From an uncultured Gammaproteobacteria bacterium (GTDB lineage: Bacteria; Patescibacteriota; Microgenomatia; PFEM01; DATLAM01): a stretch of DNA of 64,000 nucleotides. The stretch's first letter is position 1. The number at the start of each line of letters is the position of its first letter. The stretch covers positions 35,951 to 99,950 of the forward strand of contig CAZMIZ010000004.1 in the NCBI GenBank assembly GCA_964566925.1, given 5' to 3'. Made by a program: the position numbers and the translations under genes. Below the pieces are notes generated by a model. The model was given only the letters and a program-made list of their open reading frames with translations, did not search any database and was not told where the DNA came from. Below are positions 20,021 through 30,374 of the stretch, in pieces.

Positions 20021-21967
20021 TTAATCTACTTTATAGACGGTCACTTTTTCATTAGTAAAAACGATTGAAAGGGGCAATTTGGTCGGCGAAAGATCCGTTT
20101 CGTCAGTAGTTAAAAGGTAGAGGTAGGCAATGTTATTCTGCTTTAAAAAAGCTCGCTGAAATTCTAAATCATCGGTAATAAAGAAATCTTTTGAAAGGTC
20201 AATCCGGTGTTGATAATCTTCACCGGTAATGGCCGCTGGGATAACATCCGAAAAATAACTTCTCTTCCCTGAAAGAGCGCTGACATACATCCAAGCCAAA
20301 TTGTTCTTATTAGGATAAAGAAGGACCACCGCTTCATCATCAGGTTCTTTTCCCAAAAGAGATAAAGCTTCTAACTCTTCATAAGGAATGGCGGTTGGCG
20401 CTACCGGCGAAGTAAAGAAACCAACCAACATTTTTAGACTCGAAGGGACAGCCAATAAAAAGATTAAAAGAAGAAGAGTTAATTTTTGCCAGCTAGTTCT
20501 CTTTTGGATAAGCTTCATTATCGCCATAGTCGTAAAGAAATTCATTATGATTAAGAAATAAAAAGCAAACTGGATGGTATTGGCCACACTGCCCTTTTGA
20601 ATAAAAAACAGAGGAAAAAGAAAAGAAATGAAAGCGGCCACCAGAAGAAACAATTGGCTCAAGCTAATTTTAAAACCCTTAGAAATCACCAAAAGAAGCC
20701 CACCAAACCCCAAGATTCTAACCCCTAAATTGCCGGTGAGGAAAATCAGGAATTCCATGACTCTCAACCTGAGCAGACCAAGCGAGTCGCCAAGCGTGAT
20801 GTAAGTATTCTCCCGTAAAACCCAGTCGGGCAGGTTAAGACGATCAGCGTTTTCCATCATCGCTCTTAAAAACCAGCCGGGAGCAAAAATAAAGAAATTT
20901 TCGGTGGGACGGTAGTTCGGCAGAAAAACAATCAGGGCAACTGCCAAGGAAGCAATAAATAGCCATAAAACCTTAATCCTTTTATAAAAGATTATCTCAA
21001 CCAAACTAACGGTCAAGAGGGTCCCTAAAGCGATTACTCCTCCATAAGATTTAAATCCAATCAGCATGCCGAGAGTTAAACTGGCTAGCACCAAAACAGA
21101 GAGACTTTTTTCTTTTAAGTATTTCAAAAAAAGAAAAAAGCCAACTAAAAAGATTGGGAGGGAAAGAGCAAATTGAGGATTATAAAGAGCGGCATGGGTT
21201 TGGTTGATCCAAAAAGAAAAATCGCTCCAGGGAGTTCCCGATCCCCTTAAAAGAGGCAAAAAATAACCAAAGTTGCCACAAAAATAAGTGAGGAAAACCA
21301 CCAGATTAGCGGCCACCTCACTTTTTAAGAAAGAACGGGCCGCGATAAAGGCAGCCAATCCCAGAAGCAAAGAGATTAAAATCGGGAAAAAGCGAAAGTA
21401 TAAATCTAATCCAGATAGTTTCGTTAAATTAGAAAAGCCGGCCACTAGCAAATCATAAAAAAAATGATAGTTAGTTAATCTCTCGCTAGCAAAGCCAGGG
21501 TGTTCAGGCGGAAAATGACTTTTTAGCTCATTAATCAAAGCCAAGTGCCAAAAAGCGTCGTGAATCTCCCCTTTAAAAGCAAGACCCTTATCGTTTTCTA
21601 AACCGCTAAAAAAAACGATTGATCCTTGAACAACGATCCCTAAAACCACCAGCAAAATCAGAAAACGATGAGGCGGTTTTAAGCTCATTTTAAAAGATGG
21701 AAAAACCTTTTTTCTCCTCTCCCAGAAGTTTAAAAGGGCAATCAAGCTTAAACCGGAAACCAGCCAGCCTGTCAGATAACGAAGATTTAAAAAACCTAAA
21801 AGATAATTCAGACTCGTAAATAAAAGCAAGCCGCTAATTAAGGAAATCGTTATTGCCTCTAGTCGAGAAAGTTTAAGACGGAGACAGTAAAGAACTAACC
21901 AACCAGGCAAATAAAAAAAGAAAACAACCCCGAGCCCAAAAATTAAAAGGTCAACAAGAAAGCTCAT
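20021..21967 (-). CDS. Large polytopic membrane protein, unknown (possibly GT-C-like)
   Basis: 648 aa, >12 hydrophobic segments, no motif recognised. Confidence 0.4.
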   Translation of the reverse strand: MSFLVDLLIFGLGVVFFFYLPGWLVLYCLRLKLSRLEAITISLISGLLLFTSLNYLLGFLNLRYLTGWLVSGLSLIALLNFWERRKKVFPSFKMSLKPPHRFLILLVVLGIVVQGSIVFFSGLENDKGLAFKGEIHDAFWHLALINELKSHFPPEHPGFASERLTNYHFFYDLLVAGFSNLTKLSGLDLYFRFFPILISLLLGLAAFIAARSFLKSEVAANLVVFLTYFCGNFGYFLPLLRGSGTPWSDFSFWINQTHAALYNPQFALSLPIFLVGFFLFLKYLKEKSLSVLVLASLTLGMLIGFKSYGGVIALGTLLTVSLVEIIFYKRIKVLWLFIASLAVALIVFLPNYRPTENFFIFAPGWFLRAMMENADRLNLPDWVLRENTYITLGDSLGLLRLRVMEFLIFLTGNLGVRILGFGGLLLVISKGFKISLSQLFLLVAAFISFLFPLFFIQKGSVANTIQFAFYFLIIMNFFTTMAIMKLIQKRTSWQKLTLLLLIFLLAVPSSLKMLVGFFTSPVAPTAIPYEELEALSLLGKEPDDEAVVLLYPNKNNLAWMYVSALSGKRSYFSDVIPAAITGEDYQHRIDLSKDFFITDDLEFQRAFLKQNNIAYLYLLTTDETDLSPTKLPLSIVFTNEKVTVYKVD

Positions 21968-22872
21968 AACCGGTAGCTGCCCTTACCCAATTTTCTTAGG
22001 TAGAAATCTTTGATGCCCACTTTTTGCCATTCTCGGCCAAACAAAAGCAACCTGAGACTCTCTCGAATCAAAGCCAGCTTAGCCCTGACTGGCGCGTAAC
22101 GCAAACCAAAAAGCATCCGGTTTCGAGCCAAATAATAATCATGAAGCGGGCTCCCGACCCGGCTGGAACCAGCATTGGCATGCCAAAGTTTTGCCTGGGG
22201 GACATAAACTAATTTAAAACCCGCCTTCTTAGCCCGTTGGCAAAAATCATTATCTTCAAGATAGAGGAAATATCTCTTATCCAGTAAACCAATCTTTTCT
22301 AAAACCTCTCGCTTGATCAACATGGCGCAACCAGAAATAAAGTCAGTCTCTTCCATTTCATCATATTGGCCACGATCGACTTCATCCACTCCCCGATGAG
22401 AAGCTAAAATGTTTGGCCAATCAATAATGCCTCCGGCGTACCAAATGACTTTTCCTTTTTCTTTTTTCTGATAACGGCCTGAATGATATTCACACCCAGG
22501 GGCAAAATAAATCTTTGGGCCTAAAATCCCAAAACTCTCATCTGATTCTCCCACTTTAACTAATTGAAGAAGCATTTGAGAATCAACAACAGTATCATTG
22601 TTTAAAAGAAGAAGATAATCGGCTCCTTGCTTAAGGGCATAGCGGATACCCACGTTATTACCTTCAGCATAACCCAGGTTTTCTTTCTTCTTGATAAAAA
22701 CTTCATTAAAAAACTCTTTCTTCAGCTCATCAATTGGTTCTAGAGACCCGCTTTCGACGACCACCGCCTTAACGGAAAAATTACTGGTTTTAATTTTATT
22801 CAAAGATAAAAGACACTGACGGGTAAATTTTTTACCTTTATAATGAAGAATAATCACAAAAACTTTCTTCAT
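21964..22872 (-). CDS. GT2 glycosyltransferase (rhamnosyltransferase-like)
   Basis: VFVIILHYKGKKFTRQCLLSL...YAEGNNVGIRYALKQGADYLLLLNNDTVV. Confidence 0.75.
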   Translation of the reverse strand: MKKVFVIILHYKGKKFTRQCLLSLNKIKTSNFSVKAVVVESGSLEPIDELKKEFFNEVFIKKKENLGYAEGNNVGIRYALKQGADYLLLLNNDTVVDSQMLLQLVKVGESDESFGILGPKIYFAPGCEYHSGRYQKKEKGKVIWYAGGIIDWPNILASHRGVDEVDRGQYDEMEETDFISGCAMLIKREVLEKIGLLDKRYFLYLEDNDFCQRAKKAGFKLVYVPQAKLWHANAGSSRVGSPLHDYYLARNRMLFGLRYAPVRAKLALIRESLRLLLFGREWQKVGIKDFYLRKLGKGSYRL

Positions 22873-22879
22873 AAGGAGT

Positions 22880-23554
22880 TTATTTAAGTAAGATTTTAAT
22901 TCGGGCCGAATCCAAAATTGCCTCGTAGCCCATGGTCGATTTCATCATCACCCGATAGAGCTTTCTCCCTGAGGCAAGGTTAATCTCGCCTGATTCGGCT
23001 CGGTAGCCATTCAGACTCTCGGCATAGACTTCACTATTCCAAACGTCATGTTTATCGGTAACATTGTAAAGTTTGGCGTAGACCAGACCATTGGCGGTGG
23101 GAATCCGCATTGAGGCTTCAAAAATAATCGATTTAACGTTAGGATAATTGGCCATGTCAATCACCCCTTCTACTCCAATCAATTCGGCGTAGTCTCGGCT
23201 GTTAGTTGAACCTGATCCTAAGGGAATGTAAAATTCTTTGACCGTTGGCTCGACCGGAGCAGGAAGAGAAATCGGGGTGGGCTGAGCCAATCCAGAAAGA
23301 GTTGCCCTGGCAATTTCTTCTAAACAAGCTGGCGGACATGTCCCGGTTTCATCAATGTCTTCAAAAGAAGGGATGGTCGTTGTTTGGCTTTTATCGGCAA
23401 CCGGAGTCGCCACCTCTTCTTCGTTGGTGAAAACTTTAAGATCTAAAATTAGGAGGTTAATCAAAAAAAAGGAAACAAAAATAAGAAGAGCCGCTTTTCC
23501 CCAAGCTAAACGAGTCCAGATGGGTTCATCATTCAAAGCTACCTCCCCAACCAA
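22880..23554 (-). CDS. Hypothetical membrane-anchored extracytoplasmic protein
   Basis: 224 aa. Single N-terminal TM (AALLIFVSFFLINLLIL), then a Thr/Pro-containing linker and a ~150-aa domain with no recognised motif. Confidence 0.35.
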   Translation of the reverse strand: MVGEVALNDEPIWTRLAWGKAALLIFVSFFLINLLILDLKVFTNEEEVATPVADKSQTTTIPSFEDIDETGTCPPACLEEIARATLSGLAQPTPISLPAPVEPTVKEFYIPLGSGSTNSRDYAELIGVEGVIDMANYPNVKSIIFEASMRIPTANGLVYAKLYNVTDKHDVWNSEVYAESLNGYRAESGEINLASGRKLYRVMMKSTMGYEAILDSARIKILLK

Positions 23555-24474
23555 CGCCTAAATTTTAAGAAAAACTTTTTGATAGGACTACCCTCTTTGT
23601 GGATTCGACTAGTCAAAAACCAATATTCCAAATCTTTTTTGGCTTTAACCATTTCTCTTTCTACTTTTTCTAAAAACCTTTCCTCCTTGACTTCTTTAAA
23701 TCCCTGGGCTTCCCAGATTTTGGCAAAGGTGACAAAAGAAGAAAAGGCCTGGAGAAGGCTTAAGACCAAGCCGTGAAGCCCATCTCGATAACCTTTTTCT
23801 TTAAAAAATCTTTTATAAAACTCCTCCAGTGGAAAGGAGATCGAATCTTGCCACTTAATTTTTTTATCTCCGCTCAAAAAAACGTTTTTGTCGTTCTCGG
23901 TATAAAGCCGATTCAATCTCTCAACGAATTGGGAAATTGTCTGGTAATTATAATGAATTAAAGGATTTTTTAAGCGTCCTGCTTTTCCAGAGAGCTTCGG
24001 TTGCTCATGGACGCTCTGGCAAGGAAGGTGGGCTTTATCTTTTTTGAAAAGACGGAGCTGATAGTCAGGATACCACCCCGTATGTTTAATCCACTTACCA
24101 AAAATAATGTTTTTCCTGGGAATCCAAAAACCATTAAATCCTCTCTTTTTTATGGCTGAAAGAATTTCCTTTTTCAACTTTCCGTCCACCCGCTCATCAG
24201 CATCGAGATATAAAATCCAATCACCGGTAGCCGCTTCAAAGGCTTTCTGTTTATTGATATGAAACATTAAAGGGTTTTCTCTGACAATGATTTTAGTCTT
24301 TAATCTTTTTCGGCCAGAGGCCGATCGTCCTATGGACGAAGCGATCTCAACCGTTTTATCAGTGCTCGTCCCGTCCACGATGACCATCTCATCCGCCCAT
24401 TTCACAGACTCAAGACAATCTTTAATGTTTTTTTCTTCATTAAAAGTGGCCAAACAAACTGAGATTTTTTTCAT
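23539..24474 (-). CDS. GT2 glycosyltransferase (paralog group)
   Basis: MKKISVCLATFNEEKNIKDCLESVKWADEMVIVDG...LYLDADE...HTGWYPDYQLRLFKKDKAHLPCQSVHEQ. Confidence 0.8.
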   Translation of the reverse strand: MKKISVCLATFNEEKNIKDCLESVKWADEMVIVDGTSTDKTVEIASSIGRSASGRKRLKTKIIVRENPLMFHINKQKAFEAATGDWILYLDADERVDGKLKKEILSAIKKRGFNGFWIPRKNIIFGKWIKHTGWYPDYQLRLFKKDKAHLPCQSVHEQPKLSGKAGRLKNPLIHYNYQTISQFVERLNRLYTENDKNVFLSGDKKIKWQDSISFPLEEFYKRFFKEKGYRDGLHGLVLSLLQAFSSFVTFAKIWEAQGFKEVKEERFLEKVEREMVKAKKDLEYWFLTSRIHKEGSPIKKFFLKFRRWLGR

Positions 24475-25922
24475 CTGGTTGTCCCTAAAACTAAATTAAC
24501 GGCTTCAAAAATTTTCTCCTTAGCCAGAAAAAGCATGATGCCTAAATAAATTATAACACCCAAGATAATCATTAAAGCGATTCCTATTAAATTTTTCACT
24601 ACTAAAGGAACCGCTAAATAAAGAACCAATCCCATTAACAAGGCTCCTAAAAAGGGTTTGCCTACGTTCTCCCAAAGATTGATATCAACAATCTTTTTCA
24701 CTAACCAGATCGGCAGAACCACGCTGGTGGCCACTAAGACCGCGGCCGGCGCCACTCCATTGTATCCCCAAAGATAAATAAAGACTGGGGTGAAAATCCA
24801 AGTGAGGGCCGTCCAGAAAATCATTAGCTTAAGAGTGGTCTTAATTCTCCCGGTGGCGTTAAGAGTATTAGTTAAAGTGGTGGAAACACAAGCAAAAGCA
24901 GCCTGAACACAGAAAAAGTAAAGGGCTAAAAGGGCTGGCTGCCACTTTAGATAGCGGGGCAAGAATTCAACTAAGGGTGAGGCTAAAAGAGCTAGGCCGA
25001 CCAGGGCCGGAAAAGTTAAAAAGCAAACGGCGAACAAAGCCTTTTCTATCCCAGCTCGTAAAGCCTGAAGATGGTCTTGTAAGCGAGAATAAGCCGGAAA
25101 GGTAACTTTAATAACGCTGTCCATAATAAAACGAAGGGGCGTGTTGGCCCATTTTTGAGCCCAACCAATGAAACCCACCTGGGCAAAAGGTAAAACTTTA
25201 CCTAAAAAAACAGTTAAAAGGTCGTCTTTTAATAAAGCCAAAAGACTATTGGCCTGAAAAGGCACCCCAAAAGAAAGTAACTTTTTAGCGCTGGCCTTAT
25301 TCAGAGCCAAGCCAGGGAGCCAAGGAGAAATCAAGTAAATAAGAATCAGACCGGAAATTCCTCGGACCAAAACCGCCCAAGTAAAGCTGGCCACTCCCGC
25401 CCCTTTCCAGGCAAGAAAAACGGCTACCAAGTTAAATAAAATCGTTTCCCCGATTTGAGGAATCACTAAACGATTAAAGTCAAGCTTCCTCTCTAAGAGG
25501 ACCGAGGGGATCGTTTTCAGAGAAGAAAGGAAAAAGGAGATCACTAAAGCCCGGAAAAGCCAGAGTCCAGCCGAGCTTAAATTATAAAATTTGGCAACCT
25601 GGGTGGAGCCTAAAAAGGCCAAGATTACCAAAAAAATCACTAAGGCTTGCTGGATCGTAAAAGTGGTCTTCAGATCGGCGTCGGTTAGTTTCTCTTTTTT
25701 CTGAATTAAAGCCGCCGCCAAACCGATATCCGAAAAATAGTTTAAGAAATTGACCACGGCCGTGACGACAAAAAAGATGCCAAATGCTTCTGGGGCTAAG
25801 AAGATAGTTAACAGAAACATGGCCACAAAGTTAACAATCTGGAGGAAAAAGGTTCGGGAAGTTAAGGCGACAACGCCGGTAATCGAGCGTTTTTTGATCG
25901 TTGCCAAGTCAAGCTCATCCAT
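24471..25922 (-). CDS. Wzx-type polysaccharide flippase (MOP superfamily)
   Basis: 483 aa. VALTSRTFFLQIVNFVAMFLLTIFLAPEAFGIFFVVTAVVNFLNYFSDIGLAAALIQKKE. Confidence 0.8.
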   Translation of the reverse strand: MDELDLATIKKRSITGVVALTSRTFFLQIVNFVAMFLLTIFLAPEAFGIFFVVTAVVNFLNYFSDIGLAAALIQKKEKLTDADLKTTFTIQQALVIFLVILAFLGSTQVAKFYNLSSAGLWLFRALVISFFLSSLKTIPSVLLERKLDFNRLVIPQIGETILFNLVAVFLAWKGAGVASFTWAVLVRGISGLILIYLISPWLPGLALNKASAKKLLSFGVPFQANSLLALLKDDLLTVFLGKVLPFAQVGFIGWAQKWANTPLRFIMDSVIKVTFPAYSRLQDHLQALRAGIEKALFAVCFLTFPALVGLALLASPLVEFLPRYLKWQPALLALYFFCVQAAFACVSTTLTNTLNATGRIKTTLKLMIFWTALTWIFTPVFIYLWGYNGVAPAAVLVATSVVLPIWLVKKIVDINLWENVGKPFLGALLMGLVLYLAVPLVVKNLIGIALMIILGVIIYLGIMLFLAKEKIFEAVNLVLGTTR

Positions 25923-26047
25923 ACAATCATTTTAACACAAAATCTCATTCTCATCCCGACGCAATAGGACAATTTTCGAACCGTGAAGTGGATATAAATT
26001 ATTGAATGAATATCCTGAAGCAATAATGGGGTCGTTTCAATAATTGT

Positions 26048-26548
26048 TTAATTTGTAACCCTTCTAAAATACTCACTATACAAGGGTTCCAAGCCGTGTT
26101 TCTCAAACAACCTCTGGGCAACTTTGTTAAAGGTGTAGATCCTTGTTTTTATGACTTCTATTCCGTTCTTTTTTGCAATATTGATAGCCTTTTCGATTAA
26201 CTGACTAGCTATTCCCTGCCTTTGATGTTCTTCTTTTACTGCCAAATCATCTAAATAATAAGCCTTTTTATTTTTGAAAAAATTTTCTAATTCAACTTCA
26301 TCTACTTTTAAAATTCCTACAATCTCTCCATCTTTTTCTGCTACTAATACAAATTCACCTTTTCTTTTTAGTGCCTTTTCAAAATATTTAGAAAGACTAA
26401 TATTTGCCAAAACATCTGCTTCTATAAACTCGTCTTCGTTCTTTGCATGACTTAACCACATTGGTCGAAGGAAAAATTCTAGAGCATTCAAGTCCCCTTT
26501 TTGGAGATACCTCACAGTAACTTTTTCATTAAACGCTTTTTTGACCAT
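26048..26548 (-). CDS. GNAT-family N-acetyltransferase
   Basis: QRQGIASQLIEKAINIAKKNGIEVIKTRIYTFNKVAQRLFEKHGLE is an acetyl-CoA binding motif A region. Confidence 0.8.
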   Translation of the reverse strand: MVKKAFNEKVTVRYLQKGDLNALEFFLRPMWLSHAKNEDEFIEADVLANISLSKYFEKALKRKGEFVLVAEKDGEIVGILKVDEVELENFFKNKKAYYLDDLAVKEEHQRQGIASQLIEKAINIAKKNGIEVIKTRIYTFNKVAQRLFEKHGLEPLYSEYFRRVTN

Positions 26549-26622
26549 CTTATAAAGTATACCAAAATTCGATTCCTAACTGAAACTTTTAATTTAACAG
26601 GGTTCTCACCCCTAGGGCCTTT

Positions 26623-27054
26623 TTGGTTTATGATAAAATCTTTTTAGAGAAAGAGGATCTAGTGGGAGAAAAAAACGAAAGACAGTTGACTAAACTCGGA
26701 CTTTTAATCAAAGGTATTTTAAACCTTCTTCTTTTCGGCTTATTCTTGCTTTTTATTCCTGTTAAATACTTTTCTTGGTTAGGCTTAACAGATTTCCCAC
26801 CTTTATTCCTAAAACTAGTTGGCATTTCCGCCTCTTTCTTGGGAACCATCTACATCAAAGCCGCTCTCCAGCCAAAAAGATTTAAAATTATTGCCAGAAT
26901 TACCTATCTTGATGCCTTAATTTACCCAATCGTGATTTTGCTTTTAGGCATTTTTCTAAAGCTTCCCTGGTCGATTTGGCTTAGCGCCTTATTGGTAGGA
27001 ATAGCCGCCATCCTCCTGATCATCGGCAAAGGACACAAACATCTTTTTAAATAA
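26623..27054 (+). CDS. Small hypothetical membrane protein (3-4 TM)
   Basis: It is the only plus-strand ORF in the first 45 kb. Hydrophobic segments only. Confidence 0.35.
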   Translation: MVYDKIFLEKEDLVGEKNERQLTKLGLLIKGILNLLLFGLFLLFIPVKYFSWLGLTDFPPLFLKLVGISASFLGTIYIKAALQPKRFKIIARITYLDALIYPIVILLLGIFLKLPWSIWLSALLVGIAAILLIIGKGHKHLFK

Positions 27055-27055
27055 G

Positions 27056-28684
27056 CTAGTTCAAGTCTTGTCCCGCAGATAAAGGAAGAAAAAAGCCGAA
27101 TTTTTGGATTTCTTCAATCTGTTCGGGTTGAAGGTTGTCTAGCTTGTCTCTTCTCATTAACAAAGGCGAGGGATCATTCCCCTGGCGTAACTGGATGTAA
27201 TCAGCCACCACCGGATCAAAAACGCTTTTGGCGGCCTCGCCAACACTAGAGTATTCATAATAAACAAAAACAGGAGGGTTTCCCTCTAGGTCGTTTTTAA
27301 TTTCGTTTTTTAATCCTTCATTCCAGAAAATCCATTCATAGTAATAAAGAAAGCGATTTTGAGGACTAAGACCGCTAACAAAATACAAAAGCTGTTCAAC
27401 GGGAATCACCATTAGCTTATCATTGCTAGAAGCAAGGTTTCTAATCGCCTGGCCGGTTCCCTCTAAATAAGAAAAGTTCACCCAAAAATCGCGATAATAA
27501 TCCGGTTGGCGAAAATATTCTCTAAAGAAAAACTGGCCGGTAAAGGCAAAAATTAAAATCATCAGAATTAAACCGGCGAAGGTTAGAGTTCTTTTTTTAA
27601 CCGACTGCCAATTCAGCAAGAAAACCCTTTTAATTTGAAGAATAGTCAGGATGATTATCGCGGCCCACCAGGGGAAGCCATGAAAGCCTTCATACAAAAC
27701 CGCTTGAGGATAGACCAAGCGCAAACTGGTGGTCCCGAGCAGAAAAAAACTAAAAACCAGGAATAATTTCTTTTTCTTTTCTTTAAAAAGTAAATACACA
27801 AAGCTGAGAAGGTAAAAACCACACCAGATTTTGGCAAAAAGGCCAAAATCTCCCTTGACAGGCTCAATCAGGGCGATAACCGGCTTTAAAAAAGAATAGG
27901 CCAAAAGACGAGATGCCCCTTGATTGGCGGTATCTTCAAGATAATGGCTGGTGAGTGCCGCCTTAGTATTAAGAAAATATTCTTGATAGCTAACAAGAGG
28001 AGAAAAGAGAAGGAAAAGGAAACCAAAAAAAAGAATTAGGGGGAGGACGATTTTCTTATGAAATTTCTCCCTGACAAGAAGATAGAAAATCAGGATCGCG
28101 GAAAAAGGGATCAGAATAATCAACTGGAAAGGAATTAAAACCAAACTAAAGAGAAAGAGGTATCGCCCCCAGCTATTAATCGGCCCCTTGGCTAACTCTT
28201 TTTTCCAAAGATAGGCAAGAACAAAGGCAAGAGGGTAAATTACCAGCGACTCGCCCAAAAAAAGATCGCCCAACAAAAGCCTTTTTATCAGCTCTATCAC
28301 CAGAGAAAAAGTGAGACCAGCGGCGCCGAAAAAATAAAGAAACCCCAGCCACCAGAGAACCGAATAAAAGAAAACCGCCTCCCGGTGTCTTTTAATAAGG
28401 AGAAACAAAGAATTAGGCTTTAAGGTCTTATTAATTAAGGCGCTGAAAGCCGCGGGCATCGGCTGTTTGTGGGAAAAAATATCAGCGTAAAGTTTCTGGC
28501 CTTGGGCCAGATAATGGCCAGCCATCAAATTTTCGTCTTCGTCAACAAAATGAGTGTTAAACATATGAGACTGAAGCGTCCGGAAAGCAAAAAAGACCAA
28601 ACCAAAAAAAATGATAACCAAGAATATTTTTTTTAATAAAGAAAGATCAGCTGAAGATTTTTTTAGCACCCAACCCCCCTCCAA
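27056..28684 (-). CDS. Large polytopic membrane protein, unknown
   Basis: 542 aa, many TM segments. N-terminal region HFVDEDENLMAGHYLAQGQKLYADIFSHKQPMP. Confidence 0.4.
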   Translation of the reverse strand: MEGGWVLKKSSADLSLLKKIFLVIIFFGLVFFAFRTLQSHMFNTHFVDEDENLMAGHYLAQGQKLYADIFSHKQPMPAAFSALINKTLKPNSLFLLIKRHREAVFFYSVLWWLGFLYFFGAAGLTFSLVIELIKRLLLGDLFLGESLVIYPLAFVLAYLWKKELAKGPINSWGRYLFLFSLVLIPFQLIILIPFSAILIFYLLVREKFHKKIVLPLILFFGFLFLLFSPLVSYQEYFLNTKAALTSHYLEDTANQGASRLLAYSFLKPVIALIEPVKGDFGLFAKIWCGFYLLSFVYLLFKEKKKKLFLVFSFFLLGTTSLRLVYPQAVLYEGFHGFPWWAAIIILTILQIKRVFLLNWQSVKKRTLTFAGLILMILIFAFTGQFFFREYFRQPDYYRDFWVNFSYLEGTGQAIRNLASSNDKLMVIPVEQLLYFVSGLSPQNRFLYYYEWIFWNEGLKNEIKNDLEGNPPVFVYYEYSSVGEAAKSVFDPVVADYIQLRQGNDPSPLLMRRDKLDNLQPEQIEEIQKFGFFLPLSAGQDLN

Positions 28685-30374
28685 CCAAAACGATCGCCGC
28701 TAATAAGGAAACCAAGTTGGCTAAACTGCGCACCGGCGTGTCGGTAAAGACGACCTCGACCTGATGTTCCCCTTCAGGAACATCCAAACTGATCAGTTTC
28801 AACTTACCTGATTCCTGAATCCCAATCTCTTCTTGATCAAGAAAAGCTTTCCAGCCGGGAAAATTATAAACATTAACTCTCAATTCTCCTTGACCTTTTG
28901 TGGTCAAGATTTTTTGATGAGGAAAGTCTTTAACTACTTCAACTTCTAAATCGCCGGTTAAGGCTTGATAGGCTGTCTTGCCAATTCCCTCCTCGGCGAT
29001 ATCCAGCTGGGTGGTACCAATATCAGATAATCTGGTGGCCACTCCTTTGGGAACAAATTCAAAAGAAAGCCCGCTCACTCGCCATTTCAAATCCTTTTCA
29101 GAAGTATAATCACGATCACCAACTTCAAGATAATCAGCAGGCTGAAAATAGGCCTGATTTGAAAAGATAACCAAAACTAAAGGAACTAAAACCGCTCCCC
29201 ACTGAAGAACTCTTTTCCCTTTAAGCTGCTTAAAAATGAAATTGACGCCTCCACCCACAAGCAGAGAAGAAAAAAAGGCGGCTAAGATCAGAAAACGCCA
29301 GGGAAACTGAAGATACCAAAGAGGCTGAATTCGATCCCAGATTAGCTGGGAACGAAAACTGGTCATGAAGAGGGAAAGAATAAAGAATAAAGAATAAAGA
29401 ATAAAGAATAAGCCAGTCTTTTTTCTTTTCAAAAGTAAATAAGGGCCCAAAATACTTGCTAAGAAGCTTAAAATTAGGTGGAGTTTGCCCACTTCGAAGG
29501 AAATCCCGTCCTCCAAGCCCATGATTGAACCACCATAACCCCAGGGGGAATCCCAAAGCTGGCGCAGGTAAACAAAATGAAGCTTATAGTTGGCCAGCTC
29601 ACCGGTCAAAATGGTATCCACTAAGGTTTCTTTCTTCTCCCAAAGGGCTGGCAACCAAAAATAACAGGTAAGGCCTAAAAACAAGATAAACGACACCGAG
29701 ACTAACCAAACTGCTCTTTTCTTTACTTTCTCAAAGAAAAGAAAGAAGAGAACGAAGGCAAAATAAAAGGGCATCAGGATCAGGGCAATGAAGTTATGGC
29801 TTAAAAGCAGAAGAGATAAAAAAAGACTATTGATTATCAACCATTTAATGTTTTTTCTTTTAATCAGCTTGAAGGTTGACCAAAAAACAGCCGGCAAAAA
29901 AACAAAAGTGTAGAATTCGGCAAAGGCACCCCGGACATAAAGATCTAGGGCGTGATACGGTGCATAAATGTAAAAAGCGGCCGCCCCTAAACCGCCAACT
30001 TTCCCAAAAAATTCTTTGGCCAAAAGATAAATAAAAATCCCGGAAAGGATAAACCCCAACCCCATAACGATTTTAGTCGAAACAATTAAGGAAAAACCAA
30101 GCCAATAAAAAATCTCGCCTAAATAATAAACTAAGGGAGGGTAAAAGTTAAAAAGAGGATAGCCATACCCAAAGCCTAAATTCCCTACCCAGCGAGGTGG
30201 AAACTGACCGCCAGTTAAAGCCTGATCAAGTTCGTAAAGTCGAGCAATCTGCTCATCATCATGCATCGGGAAAAAACCGGGAAGAAGGAGAGGTCTAATC
30301 GCCCAAAAAGATAAAAGGAGAATGGCTAACAGCCACCAATGGTTTTTAATTAGAGCGCTTAATCTATTCTTCAT
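28647..30374 (-). CDS. Large polytopic membrane protein, family 'A' paralog 2
   Basis: LLLPGFFPMHDDEQIARLYELDQALTGGQFPPRWVGNLGFGYGYPLFNFYPP. Contains an in-frame (AAAGAAT)5 repeat. Confidence 0.5.
   Translation of the reverse strand: MKNRLSALIKNHWWLLAILLLSFWAIRPLLLPGFFPMHDDEQIARLYELDQALTGGQFPPRWVGNLGFGYGYPLFNFYPPLVYYLGEIFYWLGFSLIVSTKIVMGLGFILSGIFIYLLAKEFFGKVGGLGAAAFYIYAPYHALDLYVRGAFAEFYTFVFLPAVFWSTFKLIKRKNIKWLIINSLFLSLLLLSHNFIALILMPFYFAFVLFFLFFEKVKKRAVWLVSVSFILFLGLTCYFWLPALWEKKETLVDTILTGELANYKLHFVYLRQLWDSPWGYGGSIMGLEDGISFEVGKLHLILSFLASILGPYLLLKRKKTGLFFILYSLFFILSLFMTSFRSQLIWDRIQPLWYLQFPWRFLILAAFFSSLLVGGGVNFIFKQLKGKRVLQWGAVLVPLVLVIFSNQAYFQPADYLEVGDRDYTSEKDLKWRVSGLSFEFVPKGVATRLSDIGTTQLDIAEEGIGKTAYQALTGDLEVEVVKDFPHQKILTTKGQGELRVNVYNFPGWKAFLDQEEIGIQESGKLKLISLDVPEGEHQVEVVFTDTPVRSLANLVSLLAAIVLVGGGLGAKKIFS
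29375..29412. repeat. (AAAGAAT)x5.4 heptanucleotide tandem repeat inside the family-A membrane protein CDS (encodes FFILYSLFFILSLF)
   Basis: Read directly: aaagaat x5 + aag. Confidence 0.9.
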
